This document shows, piece after piece, positions 9,866 to 20,645 of a stretch of 46,029 bases of DNA. The stretch spans positions 1 to 46,029 of the forward strand of contig JBIIOU010000003.1 of assembly GCA_044336815.1 (NCBI GenBank), read 5' to 3'. Source of the DNA: Candidatus Nanopelagicales bacterium. GTDB taxonomy: Bacteria; Actinomycetota; Actinomycetes; S36-B12. The translations under genes were made by a program, and so were the position numbers. The notes under the pieces are model-generated. The model had not been told where the DNA came from. It was given only the letters and a program-made list of their open reading frames with translations, and did no database searches. Positions within the stretch are counted from its first letter, which is position 1. Each line of letters opens with the position of its first letter.

Positions 9866-10884
9866 ATACTAATCCCGGCCGAATCCGGCAGATTCTGACA
9901 GACGGCACCGGGCGTGCGGTTTTCTTCTGGATCATTTTGATGGCGATCTGGTTATCGCTCCAAAGCCGTCAGGGCATGGGCCTAGATTTAGGGCAGATTC
10001 AGTCATATCTGGTGTTGTCTCTGCCACTAATCGTCGCGGCGATTGGGGTTACCTTAGTAATTATCATGGGGCAGTTCGACCTCTCGGCTGCCGGTGTTAT
10101 CGGGATAGTTAACGTGACTATCGCCTCAACATTGAGTAGTTGGAACCCACTTCTGGTAGTGGTGTTAATGATGGCACTGGGCGGTTTTATCGGCTTGGTG
10201 AACGGACTTTTCGTTATCCTTGGCAAGCTGCCAGCGATTGCGGTAACCCTAGCTACCCTCATCATTTTGCAGGGGCTAGCTGTTGTCATCCTCCCGCAGC
10301 CAAGTGGGAAAATACCGCCGTTCCTTGTTGACGGTGTGCGAGTGCCATTTGTCGCGCTCGGCATCATCGTCGTAGTTATCATCGTTTGGATGCTCTTCAA
10401 GCGGTCTCGTTTGGGCCTCTACATGTTTGCCATCGGAGCTGACCCTGAGGCGCTGCATCTTTCGGGTCTGCCGGTCAAGAAGATCCAACTTAAGATCTTC
10501 GTACTTGCCGGGGCGCTGTACGGCCTTGCGGGTGTCTTTATGTCAGCTTCGCTTGGATCAGGTGACGGCAATGCAGCGGACAGTTTCCTCCTAACGACTT
10601 TCGCGGCCGCAGCAATTGGAGGTACCGCCTTTGTCGGCGGGCGAGGTTCAGCAGTTGGCACCCTTTTCGGAGCGTTAACTCTTCTCGCGATTCCCAAAGT
10701 GCTCTTTGTCATCGGCGTCAGCGACTGGACCCAGAAAGTTGCTTTCGGCCTATTGGTCCTGCTAGCGGTTGTTGCTGGAGCATTCTCATCCCTGAGAAAA
10801 GACCGCGAGCTCTTACTGGTAGCCCCGTACTCAACTCCCACCGAGGGTGAATCTAGCACCGCGACCAAGGGAGGCAGCGCATGA
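9862..10884 (+). CDS. Sugar-type ABC transporter permease
   Basis: Multi-TM protein with GQFDLS, AAAAIGGT and GGRGS motifs of the RbsC family. Confidence 0.93.
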   Translation: MNTNPGRIRQILTDGTGRAVFFWIILMAIWLSLQSRQGMGLDLGQIQSYLVLSLPLIVAAIGVTLVIIMGQFDLSAAGVIGIVNVTIASTLSSWNPLLVVVLMMALGGFIGLVNGLFVILGKLPAIAVTLATLIILQGLAVVILPQPSGKIPPFLVDGVRVPFVALGIIVVVIIVWMLFKRSRLGLYMFAIGADPEALHLSGLPVKKIQLKIFVLAGALYGLAGVFMSASLGSGDGNAADSFLLTTFAAAAIGGTAFVGGRGSAVGTLFGALTLLAIPKVLFVIGVSDWTQKVAFGLLVLLAVVAGAFSSLRKDRELLLVAPYSTPTEGESSTATKGGSA

Positions 10885-11915
10885 GCGATCAATTAGTAAT
10901 CCAAGCGCAGCAACGCCGAAGCTCAAGGATGCAAACCATCTACCGCCCACTCATCCTGGCCGCTCTTGCGCTATTGGTGCTGGTCTCCGGTCGGCTTGTC
11001 AGCGAGTCGCTTCCATCTTTGATCGCCGTTCAGACTGTGCTTACGCTCGGCATGTTCCTGTCGGTGGTTGCCTTCGGTCAGGGCTTGGTCATGCTTACCG
11101 GCGGCCTCGACCTTTCAGTCCCCGGTGTGATCGCACTCTCGGCGAGCATTGTCGCGGTGTGGGTCAGCTTCATGGACGGCAACCTTTTGGTCGGAATCCT
11201 GCTGGCGCTGGGGGTTTCACTTCTCTTCGGAATAGTCAATGGATTACTTGTATCCGTCCTGAAAGCACCGGCATTTATTGTGACCCTTGCCATGGGGGCA
11301 GTTCTCGAAGGGTTCTCACTCTTTATCACTTATGGCCGCAAGTCCCCGGAGTCACCTGAATTGCTGGTCACACTCTTCAGCGGATCCGGGAAACTTTTTG
11401 GTATTGCTATTCCGGCCCTGCTTTTCTTCGTTGTCGGAATTATTGGTTTCATCATTCAGGCCAGGTCGCGCTTCGGACGCAATGCCTACCTGCTCGGTAG
11501 TTCATTAGAGGCATCGCGAATCGCGGGCCAGCCGGTTAATTTCATTCAGATCAGTATGTACGCGGTCAGCGGGTTCGGGTCTGGTCTGGCTGGTTTGATG
11601 CTTGTTGGTTTTTCAGGTAACGCCCAACTCAGCCTTGGTACAGAATGGCTAATGCCTTCAATCGCCGCGGTCCTCGTGGGCGGTACGGTAATTGGTAGCG
11701 GACGCGGCTTTTGGCAGAGCACCATAACTGCCGGGTTAATGCTGACCGCTATCACCATCGTGATTCAGTCGACCGGCGTCCCCCAGGGCTGGAAATCAGT
11801 TCTTTACGGAGTCGTCGTCCTGGTCGCATTACTTTCCACTAGGTCGGACATCGGACGGCGTAGAAGGAAGCAAATTTCCCAATCTCCACTCCAGGGAAAT
11901 CCACCGCAAAAGTGA
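10881..11915 (+). CDS. Sugar-type ABC transporter permease
   Basis: Multi-TM protein with GGLDLSV, PAFIVTL and SIAAVLVGGT motifs. Confidence 0.93.
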   Translation: MSDQLVIQAQQRRSSRMQTIYRPLILAALALLVLVSGRLVSESLPSLIAVQTVLTLGMFLSVVAFGQGLVMLTGGLDLSVPGVIALSASIVAVWVSFMDGNLLVGILLALGVSLLFGIVNGLLVSVLKAPAFIVTLAMGAVLEGFSLFITYGRKSPESPELLVTLFSGSGKLFGIAIPALLFFVVGIIGFIIQARSRFGRNAYLLGSSLEASRIAGQPVNFIQISMYAVSGFGSGLAGLMLVGFSGNAQLSLGTEWLMPSIAAVLVGGTVIGSGRGFWQSTITAGLMLTAITIVIQSTGVPQGWKSVLYGVVVLVALLSTRSDIGRRRRKQISQSPLQGNPPQK

Positions 11916-11932
11916 GAAACGAAAGGATCCGA

Positions 11933-13300
11933 ATGAAGAGAAATTGGAAAGTGGCGGCGCTAGCTGTTGTAGCAGCCGGCACGCTTGCACTGAGCGCCTG
12001 TGGCGGCTCAACCAGTAGCACCGCTGACGCAGGTGCTGCAAGTGCAGCAGCAACAGAGGCTGCAGCACCCGCTGCAACTGCCGCGGCATCCGAGGCTGCA
12101 GCTGACAATGGCAATCCCTGCGGTTGGGCTGCTGCTCCTCGCGCTGGTGGAGCTAAGTACGTCGTGTACATGTCTTCACTCAATATCGGTAACGCGTGGC
12201 AGGAAGAAGCCGTCAACCTTGGTTCAGCCGAGGCCCTGATGTCTCCATATAGCGACTGCGTTGAACTTCGCACAGAGCGCACCGAGCCAGATCCCGCATC
12301 TCAGATCTCGCAGATTCAGTCAATGACTGCAGCAGGCGCTGACGCGATCGTGACGTTTGCACTGTCCCCGACAGCAATTAACGCCACCTTCAAAGAAGCT
12401 TGCGATGCAGGCGTGACCGTCGTAATCTACGACGCGACCGTTACGGAGCCATGTGCATACAACGTCTCCTACATCACTGCAAAGCCAGTTGGTTCTGACA
12501 TTCCATTCATGGGATACAACGCCATGGCGGCTCTGATTGACATGCTGGGTGGCGCGCCGTCCGACATCTTCGTCGCCCACGGCGTGGCCGGCACCTCGGT
12601 CGACAACGTCCACTACCTGTCGGCACTTGCTGCCTTGGAGCAGTTGTCTCCTGACACGAATATCCTGACCGAATGGGATGGTAACTGGGATAGTGCTCAG
12701 CAGCAGAAGGAAACCACAAAGGCACTTGCATCCTTCCCAGACGTAGCCGGTATCTTCTGCGGTTACGGTGAGTCGGGCTGCGTAAAGGCCCTCAAGGCAG
12801 CTGACAAGACAATCCCAGTCACCGGTGAGACCTCGCAGTACTTCCGCGAGCAGCTTCTCGCTGGCTGGCCAGGCGTCAGCATTGGCTCACCGCCAGCACA
12901 GGGTGGCATTGCAATGAAGGTTGCACTGGGCGTACTTGAGTTCGGTCCAGATGCAGGTATCCCGCATGACATTGAGGTCCCCTTCAAGGTAGTCACGAAG
13001 GACACCGTCATGGTCTGTGAAGAAGACACCTACACCGAAGGCTGCAACGTCTTCCCAGCAGGCGTCGTCGGTGACGAGAACACGGCAGATATCTTCAACC
13101 CACTTCTGCCAGAAGCCTCACTCACCTCGGCCAAGACGGGCGTGCCACCAGCAGGTTTGGTAGCAGTTCCGTTCACGGTTGATGAGCTCAAGGCAATCGA
13201 GCAGGATCCATCACGCCGCTACATTACGCGTGAGGCCTGCCCAGAAGGCTGGGCACAGGGCAAGCTAGCTGAGGGTCTTGACGGCTGCGTGCAGTCGTAA
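11933..13300 (+). CDS. Sugar-type ABC substrate-binding lipoprotein
   Basis: MKRNWK start after GAAAGGA, lipobox LSAC, an Ala-rich tether and a periplasmic-binding-protein-like body (GNAWQ, QISQIQSM, GADAIV). Confidence 0.9.
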   Translation: MKRNWKVAALAVVAAGTLALSACGGSTSSTADAGAASAAATEAAAPAATAAASEAAADNGNPCGWAAAPRAGGAKYVVYMSSLNIGNAWQEEAVNLGSAEALMSPYSDCVELRTERTEPDPASQISQIQSMTAAGADAIVTFALSPTAINATFKEACDAGVTVVIYDATVTEPCAYNVSYITAKPVGSDIPFMGYNAMAALIDMLGGAPSDIFVAHGVAGTSVDNVHYLSALAALEQLSPDTNILTEWDGNWDSAQQQKETTKALASFPDVAGIFCGYGESGCVKALKAADKTIPVTGETSQYFREQLLAGWPGVSIGSPPAQGGIAMKVALGVLEFGPDAGIPHDIEVPFKVVTKDTVMVCEEDTYTEGCNVFPAGVVGDENTADIFNPLLPEASLTSAKTGVPPAGLVAVPFTVDELKAIEQDPSRRYITREACPEGWAQGKLAEGLDGCVQS

Positions 13301-13324
13301 GGATTCGTAGGTATTGAGTTCGAC

Positions 13325-13360
13325 GTCCCGGCAGGCCACGCTCGCGTGGCCTGCCGGGAC
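13325..13360 (+). terminator. Strong stem-loop after the substrate-binding protein gene (terminator or mRNA-stabilising hairpin)
   Basis: Perfect 16-bp inverted repeat GTCCCGGCAGGCCACG / CGTGGCCTGCCGGGAC with a CTCG loop. No U-tract. Confidence 0.75.
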
Positions 13361-13435
13361 TACCAATTTGCGAAGGACTCTAAATAAAGTGAACCGTCGT
13401 ACGGGCACAGAGCACTCTTTTGAAGTTAACTCTCG

Positions 13436-14491
13436 ATGAGTGCATCTAACGAAGATTTCGCCGAACTAATTTCAAGAGTCGAAGCCGAGTTCGGGTTGGC
13501 TGCTGGCAGCGTCACAAGGCTTGGTGGCGAGGTCGACCTAAACCTCAAGGTTGAATGCGCTGACGGAAGCCTGTTCCTCATTAAGGCCACTGAAATTCAA
13601 GGGGATTCTGACACCACCTGGCAGGGGCGAATACTGGATCATGTCGCCCAGTGCGATTCGCGAATCCCGGTTCCTAAAATTGTGCGCACACATTCGGGCC
13701 TCTCAGAAATTTCAGTGCAATTTAATGACTCCAACCACCAAGTGCGGGTGATGACCTGGCTCGACGGCGAGGTAATTGGTAGAGCCGAAGGCGTTGATTT
13801 TGAGTTACTTGGCGAACTTGGAGCGCTAGCAGGATCGATGTTTGAATGTCTCCAGAGCGCCGATCGCACCGGGGTGCCAAAAACACATCACTGGGATGTA
13901 CGAAACCTACGCGAGGCGGTAGCTTCATGCGTAGATTTTGTTCCAGACCCGATCAATGTGGGTGCGGTCGCAACAATTCTCGAAAAGTGCGAGCCGGTTG
14001 AACCCTTGTTGGCGAAACTACCCACTGGCTTAGTACACCAAGACTTAAACGATTTCAATGTTCTTGTCGCAGAAGACGCTGAGGGCCGCCTAAAAGTATC
14101 CGGGATCATAGATTTTGGTGACACACTCGACAGCATCCGAGTGGCAGAGGTAGTGGTTGCCGGCGCCTACGCGATGCTGCGGCAGGAAGATCCAGTCGGT
14201 GCATTGGCCGCGGTCGTGGCCGGATTCCATTCGGTCGTCCCACTAACCGATCTAGAACGCTCAGTGATTTTTCCATTAGCGTCGGCTCGCCTTTGCCTAA
14301 ACGCCTGTACCTGGACAAAGCGCACCATAATTGAGCCGGGCGCCTACGGGGAATCTAGAATGAAGTACACCTGGCCAGCTGTTCAACTCGTGGCGCCACT
14401 GGACCCGGCGCAGGCACTAGTTCGAATTGAGCTTGCTTGTCAGAGTGCTGGGCGCACGAGCGACATGCCAGTGAACGGTCAGAAGCGATGA
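13436..14491 (+). CDS. APH-fold phosphotransferase, hydroxylysine kinase (AGPHD1)-like
   Basis: GGEVDLN, HHWDV, HQDLNDFNVL and GIIDFGD kinase motifs. Confidence 0.88.
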   Translation: MSASNEDFAELISRVEAEFGLAAGSVTRLGGEVDLNLKVECADGSLFLIKATEIQGDSDTTWQGRILDHVAQCDSRIPVPKIVRTHSGLSEISVQFNDSNHQVRVMTWLDGEVIGRAEGVDFELLGELGALAGSMFECLQSADRTGVPKTHHWDVRNLREAVASCVDFVPDPINVGAVATILEKCEPVEPLLAKLPTGLVHQDLNDFNVLVAEDAEGRLKVSGIIDFGDTLDSIRVAEVVVAGAYAMLRQEDPVGALAAVVAGFHSVVPLTDLERSVIFPLASARLCLNACTWTKRTIIEPGAYGESRMKYTWPAVQLVAPLDPAQALVRIELACQSAGRTSDMPVNGQKR

Positions 14492-16434
14492 GCACAGGAA
14501 GGACGCCAACGGTGTTGGGCCAAGAAGTAATGTGGCAAGAAGTAGACCTGAGCCCCTCGAGTGAACTATTTGACACGGTGGCTTGGGATATTCCAAAGGA
14601 TCTCCAAGCTGCAGTCACTGCGTCGCTGGGCGATCGCCACGGCACCCCTGGGTTCACCCAGCATTTGTCTGCATGGATGCCTCGAGCCGCCCAGCGCCGC
14701 CCAGGTGCCGCCGAACCGAGAACTGTTCAAATCGGAACCGGACTAATTGTTGCCGCAGGGCAGGCCGTTAGTGCGCCTCTCCCGGGCACGGTCGTAGGGG
14801 TCGATTCAGCGGGCGTCATCACCATCGAGCACGAAGGGTCTGCGCTGGCCGGCGCTAACGGGAAAATTTGGACCCGGTGGTTTGGGCTTGCTACTAGCCA
14901 CATTATTGGTTCGGTGCTTAAAGCCGGAGACACCGTCGGCACTGCTATTGGTTGGGATGACCAAACCTCCGGGGTTGGTCCGATCATCTTTATCCAAGCT
15001 ATCACCGACCAAGAAACCGCTCTTAGCGAAGCGCGGGTTTTCATCTCGCCAAGTGAGCGCATTGCTTGGAGTGAGAAGTGCATTGACCCCGCGCCGCTAA
15101 TGGGAATTGCTACCGAGCCCGAGCCAGAGCAAAAGCTAACCGGAGATCAAGTTCTGGCGGTGCGTGATCAGCGGCTAGCAAGATCACAGCGCGCCTACTT
15201 CAAGCGTCCACCAAACCTAGTGAGAAGTCGTGGTGTTTGGTTCTATGACGAGGACGCTCTGGGTTATCTGGATGTAATTAATAACGTCACGCATGTTGGA
15301 CACGCGGAGCCGCGCGTAGTGGCCGCGGCCACTCGGCAACTGTCGAGGCTGAACACCAACAGCAGATTTATGTTTGAAGGTATTGCCTCGTATGCCTCGC
15401 GCATTGTAGAAACATTGCCCAAGCCACTGGAGGTAGTCTTTTTCGTTTGCACTGGCAGTGAGGCAAATGATCTGGCTCTGCGAATTTCACGGCAGATTAC
15501 GGGGCGCGAGGATGTAGCCGTCATTGACGGTGCTTACCACGGCAATACGACAGCGGTAATGGGCGTGAGCCCTAATCGATATAAGGGCCCCGGCGGTCGT
15601 GGCACCCCGGCGACCACCCACGAGCTCGAAACTCCGGATAGATTTCGCGGTTCATATAGGTATGACGATCAAGATGCTGGCTTGAAATACGCTGCTGACG
15701 CGAAAGCGCTTTTCGAACGCCTAGAAGCTGAAGGTAGAGCACCGGCCGCGTTCATCGCTGAGTCTCTTATGGGCACAGCGGGGAATATTGTGTTGCCGCC
15801 TGGTTACCTGAAGGCTACCTTTGCCGCCGCGCGTGCTGTTGGTGCATTTTGTATCTCTGATGAAGTTCAGGTAGGTGTCGGCAGATTTGGCTCGCATTTT
15901 TGGGGGTTTGAAGCCCACGGAGTTGTCCCTGACATTGTCACGATGGGTAAGCCGCTCGGAAACGGGCATCCAATTGCTGCGTTAGTCACGACGCGCGAAA
16001 TCGCCGATGCGTTCGATGACGGAGTCAAGTATTTCAATACCTTCGCGGGTAACCCTGTCTCATGTGCAATTGGGACCGCTGTACTTGACGTAGTTCAAGG
16101 TGACAAGTTGCAAGAGCGGGCCCTCGAAGTGGGCAACTATCTCATTGCTGAATTAACTGCCTTACGCGAGCTGCACCCAATGATTGGTGATGTCCGCGGC
16201 CACGGGCTCTACATGGGCGTGGAGTTAGTGACTGATCCTGTCTTGCGAACCCCCGCGACCGACGAAGCCAAAGAGATTTGTGAAATTCTCAAGGACAATG
16301 GAGTTTTCAACTATCCCACCGGAAAATTCGACAACGTGCTAAAAATCAAGCCTCCCATGGTTTTTGGGAAAGAGCATGCAGATATTTTCGTATCCACACT
16401 GGGTGCCGCACTAACACAAATCGAATCCCGCTGA
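14488..16434 (+). CDS. Class III PLP enzyme, phospho-lyase (AGXT2L-like), with an N-terminal degenerate M23-like region
   Basis: [47 protein letters not shown] (PLP Lys) and LKIKPP motifs. The ATG at 14488 overlaps the kinase stop. Confidence 0.9.
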   Translation: MSTGRTPTVLGQEVMWQEVDLSPSSELFDTVAWDIPKDLQAAVTASLGDRHGTPGFTQHLSAWMPRAAQRRPGAAEPRTVQIGTGLIVAAGQAVSAPLPGTVVGVDSAGVITIEHEGSALAGANGKIWTRWFGLATSHIIGSVLKAGDTVGTAIGWDDQTSGVGPIIFIQAITDQETALSEARVFISPSERIAWSEKCIDPAPLMGIATEPEPEQKLTGDQVLAVRDQRLARSQRAYFKRPPNLVRSRGVWFYDEDALGYLDVINNVTHVGHAEPRVVAAATRQLSRLNTNSRFMFEGIASYASRIVETLPKPLEVVFFVCTGSEANDLALRISRQITGREDVAVIDGAYHGNTTAVMGVSPNRYKGPGGRGTPATTHELETPDRFRGSYRYDDQDAGLKYAADAKALFERLEAEGRAPAAFIAESLMGTAGNIVLPPGYLKATFAAARAVGAFCISDEVQVGVGRFGSHFWGFEAHGVVPDIVTMGKPLGNGHPIAALVTTREIADAFDDGVKYFNTFAGNPVSCAIGTAVLDVVQGDKLQERALEVGNYLIAELTALRELHPMIGDVRGHGLYMGVELVTDPVLRTPATDEAKEICEILKDNGVFNYPTGKFDNVLKIKPPMVFGKEHADIFVSTLGAALTQIESR

Positions 16435-16482
16435 CATATCCCTTGATCTAATTTGTCTGCCCTAGATGAAAGTGAGCAAGCC

Positions 16483-17241
16483 GTGGCTACCCAAAAGATT
16501 GACATCAATGCTGACGCAGGTGAGAGTTTTGGCCGCTGGGTACTCGGATCAGATTCCGATGTCCTCCCTTGGGTGACAACAGTTAACATCGCATGCGGCT
16601 TTCACGCGGGGGATCCAGCCAATATGCGCAAGTCTGTGCAGTTAGCTCGGGAATTAGGGATAAATGTTGGAGCCCACCCTGGTTACCCAGACCTCTGGGG
16701 TTTTGGGCGCCGGGCGATGGCCCTAAGCGATGAGTCGGTTCTCGATTACGTTACCTACCAAACCGGGGCCCTACTGGGAATCGCCAATGCTGAGGGGGTG
16801 CGGATGACCCATATGAAACCCCATGGATCCCTTTACGGGCACATAGCAAGGTCGCCCGAATTGGCCCTGGCGCTAAGCCGCGAACTGCAAAATATTCAGC
16901 CGGGGCTCACGCTGCTGACTTCGCCATTTGCCGGTGGCAAGGCGGTTAGGGCAGCTGGCTTACCGGTGATCTTTGACGCTCCGGCCGACCTCGACTTTGA
17001 GGAAGATGGCACCCATGTAATTGAGCCAATACCCCAAGCAAAAGATCCAGTTAAGGTTGCTGATCGAGCCGTGCAGTTGGCTACCGGGAAGGTCACTTCA
17101 GTGACCGGCGTAATCATTGACATGCCAACCGAATCTATTTGCGTTCACGGCGATCGCCCAAACGCCCCTGAGGTAGCCAAGGCCGTTCATGAAAGATTAA
17201 TCGCAGAGGGCTATGTCATTTCATCAGCTTTTACCCGCTAA
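16483..17241 (+). CDS. pxpA: LamB/YcsF family protein (5-oxoprolinase subunit A-like), paralogue 1
   Basis: DINADAGESFG, NIACGFHAGDP, GAHPGYPD, HMKPHG and ICVHGD motifs. Start is uncertain (16453 or 16483). Confidence 0.88.
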   Translation: MATQKIDINADAGESFGRWVLGSDSDVLPWVTTVNIACGFHAGDPANMRKSVQLARELGINVGAHPGYPDLWGFGRRAMALSDESVLDYVTYQTGALLGIANAEGVRMTHMKPHGSLYGHIARSPELALALSRELQNIQPGLTLLTSPFAGGKAVRAAGLPVIFDAPADLDFEEDGTHVIEPIPQAKDPVKVADRAVQLATGKVTSVTGVIIDMPTESICVHGDRPNAPEVAKAVHERLIAEGYVISSAFTR

Positions 17242-17286
17242 ATAGGTAAGTCGGTTTCTGAGTAGTACTCCAGAAGGAGGGGTTTC

Positions 17287-18318
17287 TTGAAGTTCGGTCT
17301 CTCATTTAGCGTCGTGGTTCCACCTGATGGTCCATTGAGTTGGTCGCAGGTTGCACAGGACATGGTGCGTTTGGCTCCCGAAGTTGAGGCATTGGGTTTT
17401 GACTCGTTACACGTTCTCGAGCACCATTTTCAAAAAGATGGCTGGAACCCATCACCACTTCTCACCTTGGCTGCGGTTTCTGCGGTTACTACGACCTTGG
17501 AATTGACAACCGACATTTTGGTGGCAACTTTATATAACCCGGTGAAATTGGCCGAGGACACCGCGGTGCTGGATAACCTTTCCAATGGGCGCTTAACCCT
17601 AGGAGTAGCACCCGGGTATGTGAGCGAGGAATTCGCTGGGCTGATGGTCCCATTTGAGACCAGAGTGCGCCGGTTTGAAGAGTGCATGGACATTATTCAA
17701 GCTGCCTGGAGCCAAGACGAGTTTAGCTATGACGGTGAATTCTTCAAGATCCCGCCGACCTCTTTGATGCCGCGTCCACTACAAACTCCGCACCCACCAA
17801 TTTGGTACGGCGTATCAGGGCCGAAGATGCTCAAAAAGGCGGCTGAAAGAAATGCGCTGTTTGTTGGTTCTCCGCGCCACACCGTCCCGGAGCTCAAGGA
17901 GCACGTCAGTGCATATCGGTTGGCATGCGATGCGGTTGGTTTTAAGCCCTCGGGTCTTCCCATCGGCCGCGGGTTATTCATTGCCCCTTCAAGGCAGGAA
18001 GCAATTGACATTGCTGGCCCTGCCGTTACCCACCTATTTCGCGAGCTCTACGCCAGAAAGTCTGCGGAAGGCGCCCGGGAGTTGCGGTCCGATGATGGGA
18101 CTTTAATAGTTGACAGCAGTAGCGTCGATTTCGAAACTTTCCAAGAGCGTTACATAATCGGCACTCCTGATGATGCCATTGCGCGCATACAGCAACTGCG
18201 CGATGAGGTTGGCATGACAGAACTCGTCGCGTGGACTCAGCTCCCGGGTATTTCTGGGGAGCAGGCTATTGCATCCGCGCGGCTATTAGCGAAGCATGTA
18301 ATTCCTGAATTCAGGTGA
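17287..18318 (+). CDS. LLM-class flavin-dependent oxidoreductase
   Basis: GFDSLHVLEHHF, LDNLSNGRLTLG and PRPLQTPHPPIW motifs. AGGAGG RBS before the TTG. Confidence 0.92.
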   Translation: MKFGLSFSVVVPPDGPLSWSQVAQDMVRLAPEVEALGFDSLHVLEHHFQKDGWNPSPLLTLAAVSAVTTTLELTTDILVATLYNPVKLAEDTAVLDNLSNGRLTLGVAPGYVSEEFAGLMVPFETRVRRFEECMDIIQAAWSQDEFSYDGEFFKIPPTSLMPRPLQTPHPPIWYGVSGPKMLKKAAERNALFVGSPRHTVPELKEHVSAYRLACDAVGFKPSGLPIGRGLFIAPSRQEAIDIAGPAVTHLFRELYARKSAEGARELRSDDGTLIVDSSSVDFETFQERYIIGTPDDAIARIQQLRDEVGMTELVAWTQLPGISGEQAIASARLLAKHVIPEFR

Positions 18319-18378
18319 AAGTTCGGAAGATAAGTGATGAAATTGCCTACAGTTGAGCGGTCGTAGCCAGGCCCCCGG

Positions 18379-19317
18379 ATGAATGGACAAGAACCAATGA
18401 GCGCACGAATAGCAGGCCCAGTACACGTAGCAATGATGAATCTTCTCTGGCCACGGCGTGGGCTGCCCGTGCAGAACTTCTATGACTACTGGGTAGGCGC
18501 GCACACGCAGATTTCCTCTAGATTGCCGGGGATACATCAGTACTTCCAGCACCAACTGGATCCAGTAGCCGGCAGATCGTATCCGCGGTCAATGCAGTTG
18601 AGCCGAGGTAGCGAAGTAATCCCTGGTTTCTACGGAGATGCTGAGATAACTTTCACGACGGAGCAGGATCTAAAACGTTTCGCCGACAGCCTGGCCCCGC
18701 TAATGGCTGACGAACAAAATGTCTTCGAGAAGACCATCTCTTATCAAGCGACGAAAGAAAATGTTTGCACTTTGAAAGATGAGAGTGTTGACGATTCTCC
18801 AAATGGGGATTTGGGTGAAGCCGAGAAGTACCTGCTGTATTTGAAGTGTGACCCAAGTGTTGCTATTTCGGAATTCAGAAGAGTGATCAGCGAAGATGTT
18901 GCCCCCGCGTTGGCGGCGTCAGCGGACGTTTCTAAAGTAAGAATTAGGCTTCTTGAATTCTATGATAATGAAAAGGTAACTTTGCTGGCGCCAAATGTGT
19001 CAAATTACGAAGACGCGAAAGATCAGTATCAGGGATGCATCGAAATCGTGTTCACAAATGCTTTTGCGCGACGACGGTTTGGCGAATCTGAAACTAGCAC
19101 TGCTACGGCCGACAAACTGCTTGCAGTCTGCAGTGAAATAGACATAATGCGGGCGCTGAAAACTTTCACCGTCTACAACCATGGGTCTATCACAACGGCT
19201 GGGCTGCGTAGCCCGCAGATGGCTGACCAAATAAAAGCAATAGGTGCGATAAATCAGATAGATAAGTCAGTTAGGGACCTAATTTTGAGGGAGCACACTC
19301 ACTTTTCGGTCAAGTAA
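18379..19317 (+). CDS. EthD-like dimeric alpha/beta-barrel protein (two repeats)
   Basis: RRGLPVQNFYDYW..AH...PGIHQYFQH and DEQNVF EthD pattern. The second half resembles a degenerate repeat. Alternative start at 18397. Confidence 0.7.
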   Translation: MNGQEPMSARIAGPVHVAMMNLLWPRRGLPVQNFYDYWVGAHTQISSRLPGIHQYFQHQLDPVAGRSYPRSMQLSRGSEVIPGFYGDAEITFTTEQDLKRFADSLAPLMADEQNVFEKTISYQATKENVCTLKDESVDDSPNGDLGEAEKYLLYLKCDPSVAISEFRRVISEDVAPALAASADVSKVRIRLLEFYDNEKVTLLAPNVSNYEDAKDQYQGCIEIVFTNAFARRRFGESETSTATADKLLAVCSEIDIMRALKTFTVYNHGSITTAGLRSPQMADQIKAIGAINQIDKSVRDLILREHTHFSVK

Positions 19318-20534
19318 CTAAGGGCATCGGCATCGCCGAACCCGCCGGATCTCATCAGGATGCTAACTCCTTGAAAACTTTCGAGTCCAAGCACCTTGCT
19401 TACTGCTCCGCCTTTAAGTGAGCTTTCCTGCACCAAGATTGCATCAATACCAGCACTCGCGCAGAAGGCTTGGGCAAGGTCTCCACCAAGTATCACCGCC
19501 AGCAGTGGCACTCGTGGGCTAGCGCACACTGTTTGTAGACAATTCGCCAGCAGGTTAACAATTTCGGCGGCTTGCAGGCGTCGCTGTTTAATATCAGGAT
19601 CTAAAATTGCGCTTGACTCAATTGCCACGAGGCAAGAGTCTCCTTCAGCAAAAGCGGTTTGTATAGACTCACAAAGCGTACTTGCCGCCGGCAAATCATC
19701 AGGGTCAACCCGGATACTTCTCGATTTATTAACATGAGCGGAAAAATATTTAAGTTGGTCTTTAACCTCTTTGCGACGGCTGGCTGTGATAATCAAAAGA
19801 TTCGTGAAAATCAAGGGCGCTGCAACTTGCGGCAGAGCTGGAATGTCAGTGAGAATTCCAGAGCTTCCGATCAAGGCGACTTGGGGCAAATTTAGAGCGG
19901 CTCTTCGCAAGCGAACCATGTCGTCTTCTGTCGCGGCATCGGCGATAACTACCGCACCACGAGTGCTCAAACGCTGCAGGTGTTCGGCTAGCGATGGATC
20001 TCTGACCTGCTCCAATTCCAGTTGGTGGATTGGGCGTTCGCCAGATATGAAGGACTTTAACTCACTATCGAGGGCAGGAGCCAGTGGGTCAGCGGAGGCC
20101 TGAGATTCTGTTATCAACTGGCTTCCGTGGTACTGGTGGCCGCCTGCTGTTACGCGCCCTTGGTTTGGTAGCGCAGGTGCGAACAGGAATGAGCAGCCGG
20201 CAGTTGTTGCTTCAGACATGAAAGCGTCTAACTCGCTGCTGAGGTTACCGCGCATTAGGCTGTCGACCTTCTTCATCAGCCTAAAACCGTTGATTAGCGC
20301 CCAGCCGGTGGCAAGGCTCACTCGGTTCGCCGCCGTGTTCGCGTCAATATTTCTACTGTCCGTAGATATACATAGGAGATCAGGTGCGTGATTCGCTAAT
20401 ACTTGATCCCAGCGTTGTACGGGCTCAATGCTCCAGGGAATGACAAGGCAGTTGGCCGCTGGATTAAATGCTCGATATGCGGCCGCTGAATCAACGGCGC
20501 CCGTTAAATCATCAGCAACAATGGCCAGCCGCAT
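19299..20534 (-). CDS. Four-carbon acid sugar kinase (DUF1537; DtnK/DenK-like)
   Basis: MRLAIVADDLTGA, STDSR, KKVDSLMRGN, PALPNQGR, GGD and SGGFG motifs. GAAGGA RBS before the ATG at 20534. Confidence 0.88.
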   Translation of the reverse strand: MRLAIVADDLTGAVDSAAAYRAFNPAANCLVIPWSIEPVQRWDQVLANHAPDLLCISTDSRNIDANTAANRVSLATGWALINGFRLMKKVDSLMRGNLSSELDAFMSEATTAGCSFLFAPALPNQGRVTAGGHQYHGSQLITESQASADPLAPALDSELKSFISGERPIHQLELEQVRDPSLAEHLQRLSTRGAVVIADAATEDDMVRLRRAALNLPQVALIGSSGILTDIPALPQVAAPLIFTNLLIITASRRKEVKDQLKYFSAHVNKSRSIRVDPDDLPAASTLCESIQTAFAEGDSCLVAIESSAILDPDIKQRRLQAAEIVNLLANCLQTVCASPRVPLLAVILGGDLAQAFCASAGIDAILVQESSLKGGAVSKVLGLESFQGVSILMRSGGFGDADALSYLTEK

Positions 20535-20645
20535 AGTCGTCCTTCGCATCATTGGGGCTCGATACCTCAGCGTACCCGTGTATTCATTTAGTCCCATTTG
20601 CGCGGCTATACTCAGGGCATCCCTGAATTCGAGAAAGGCAACCCT

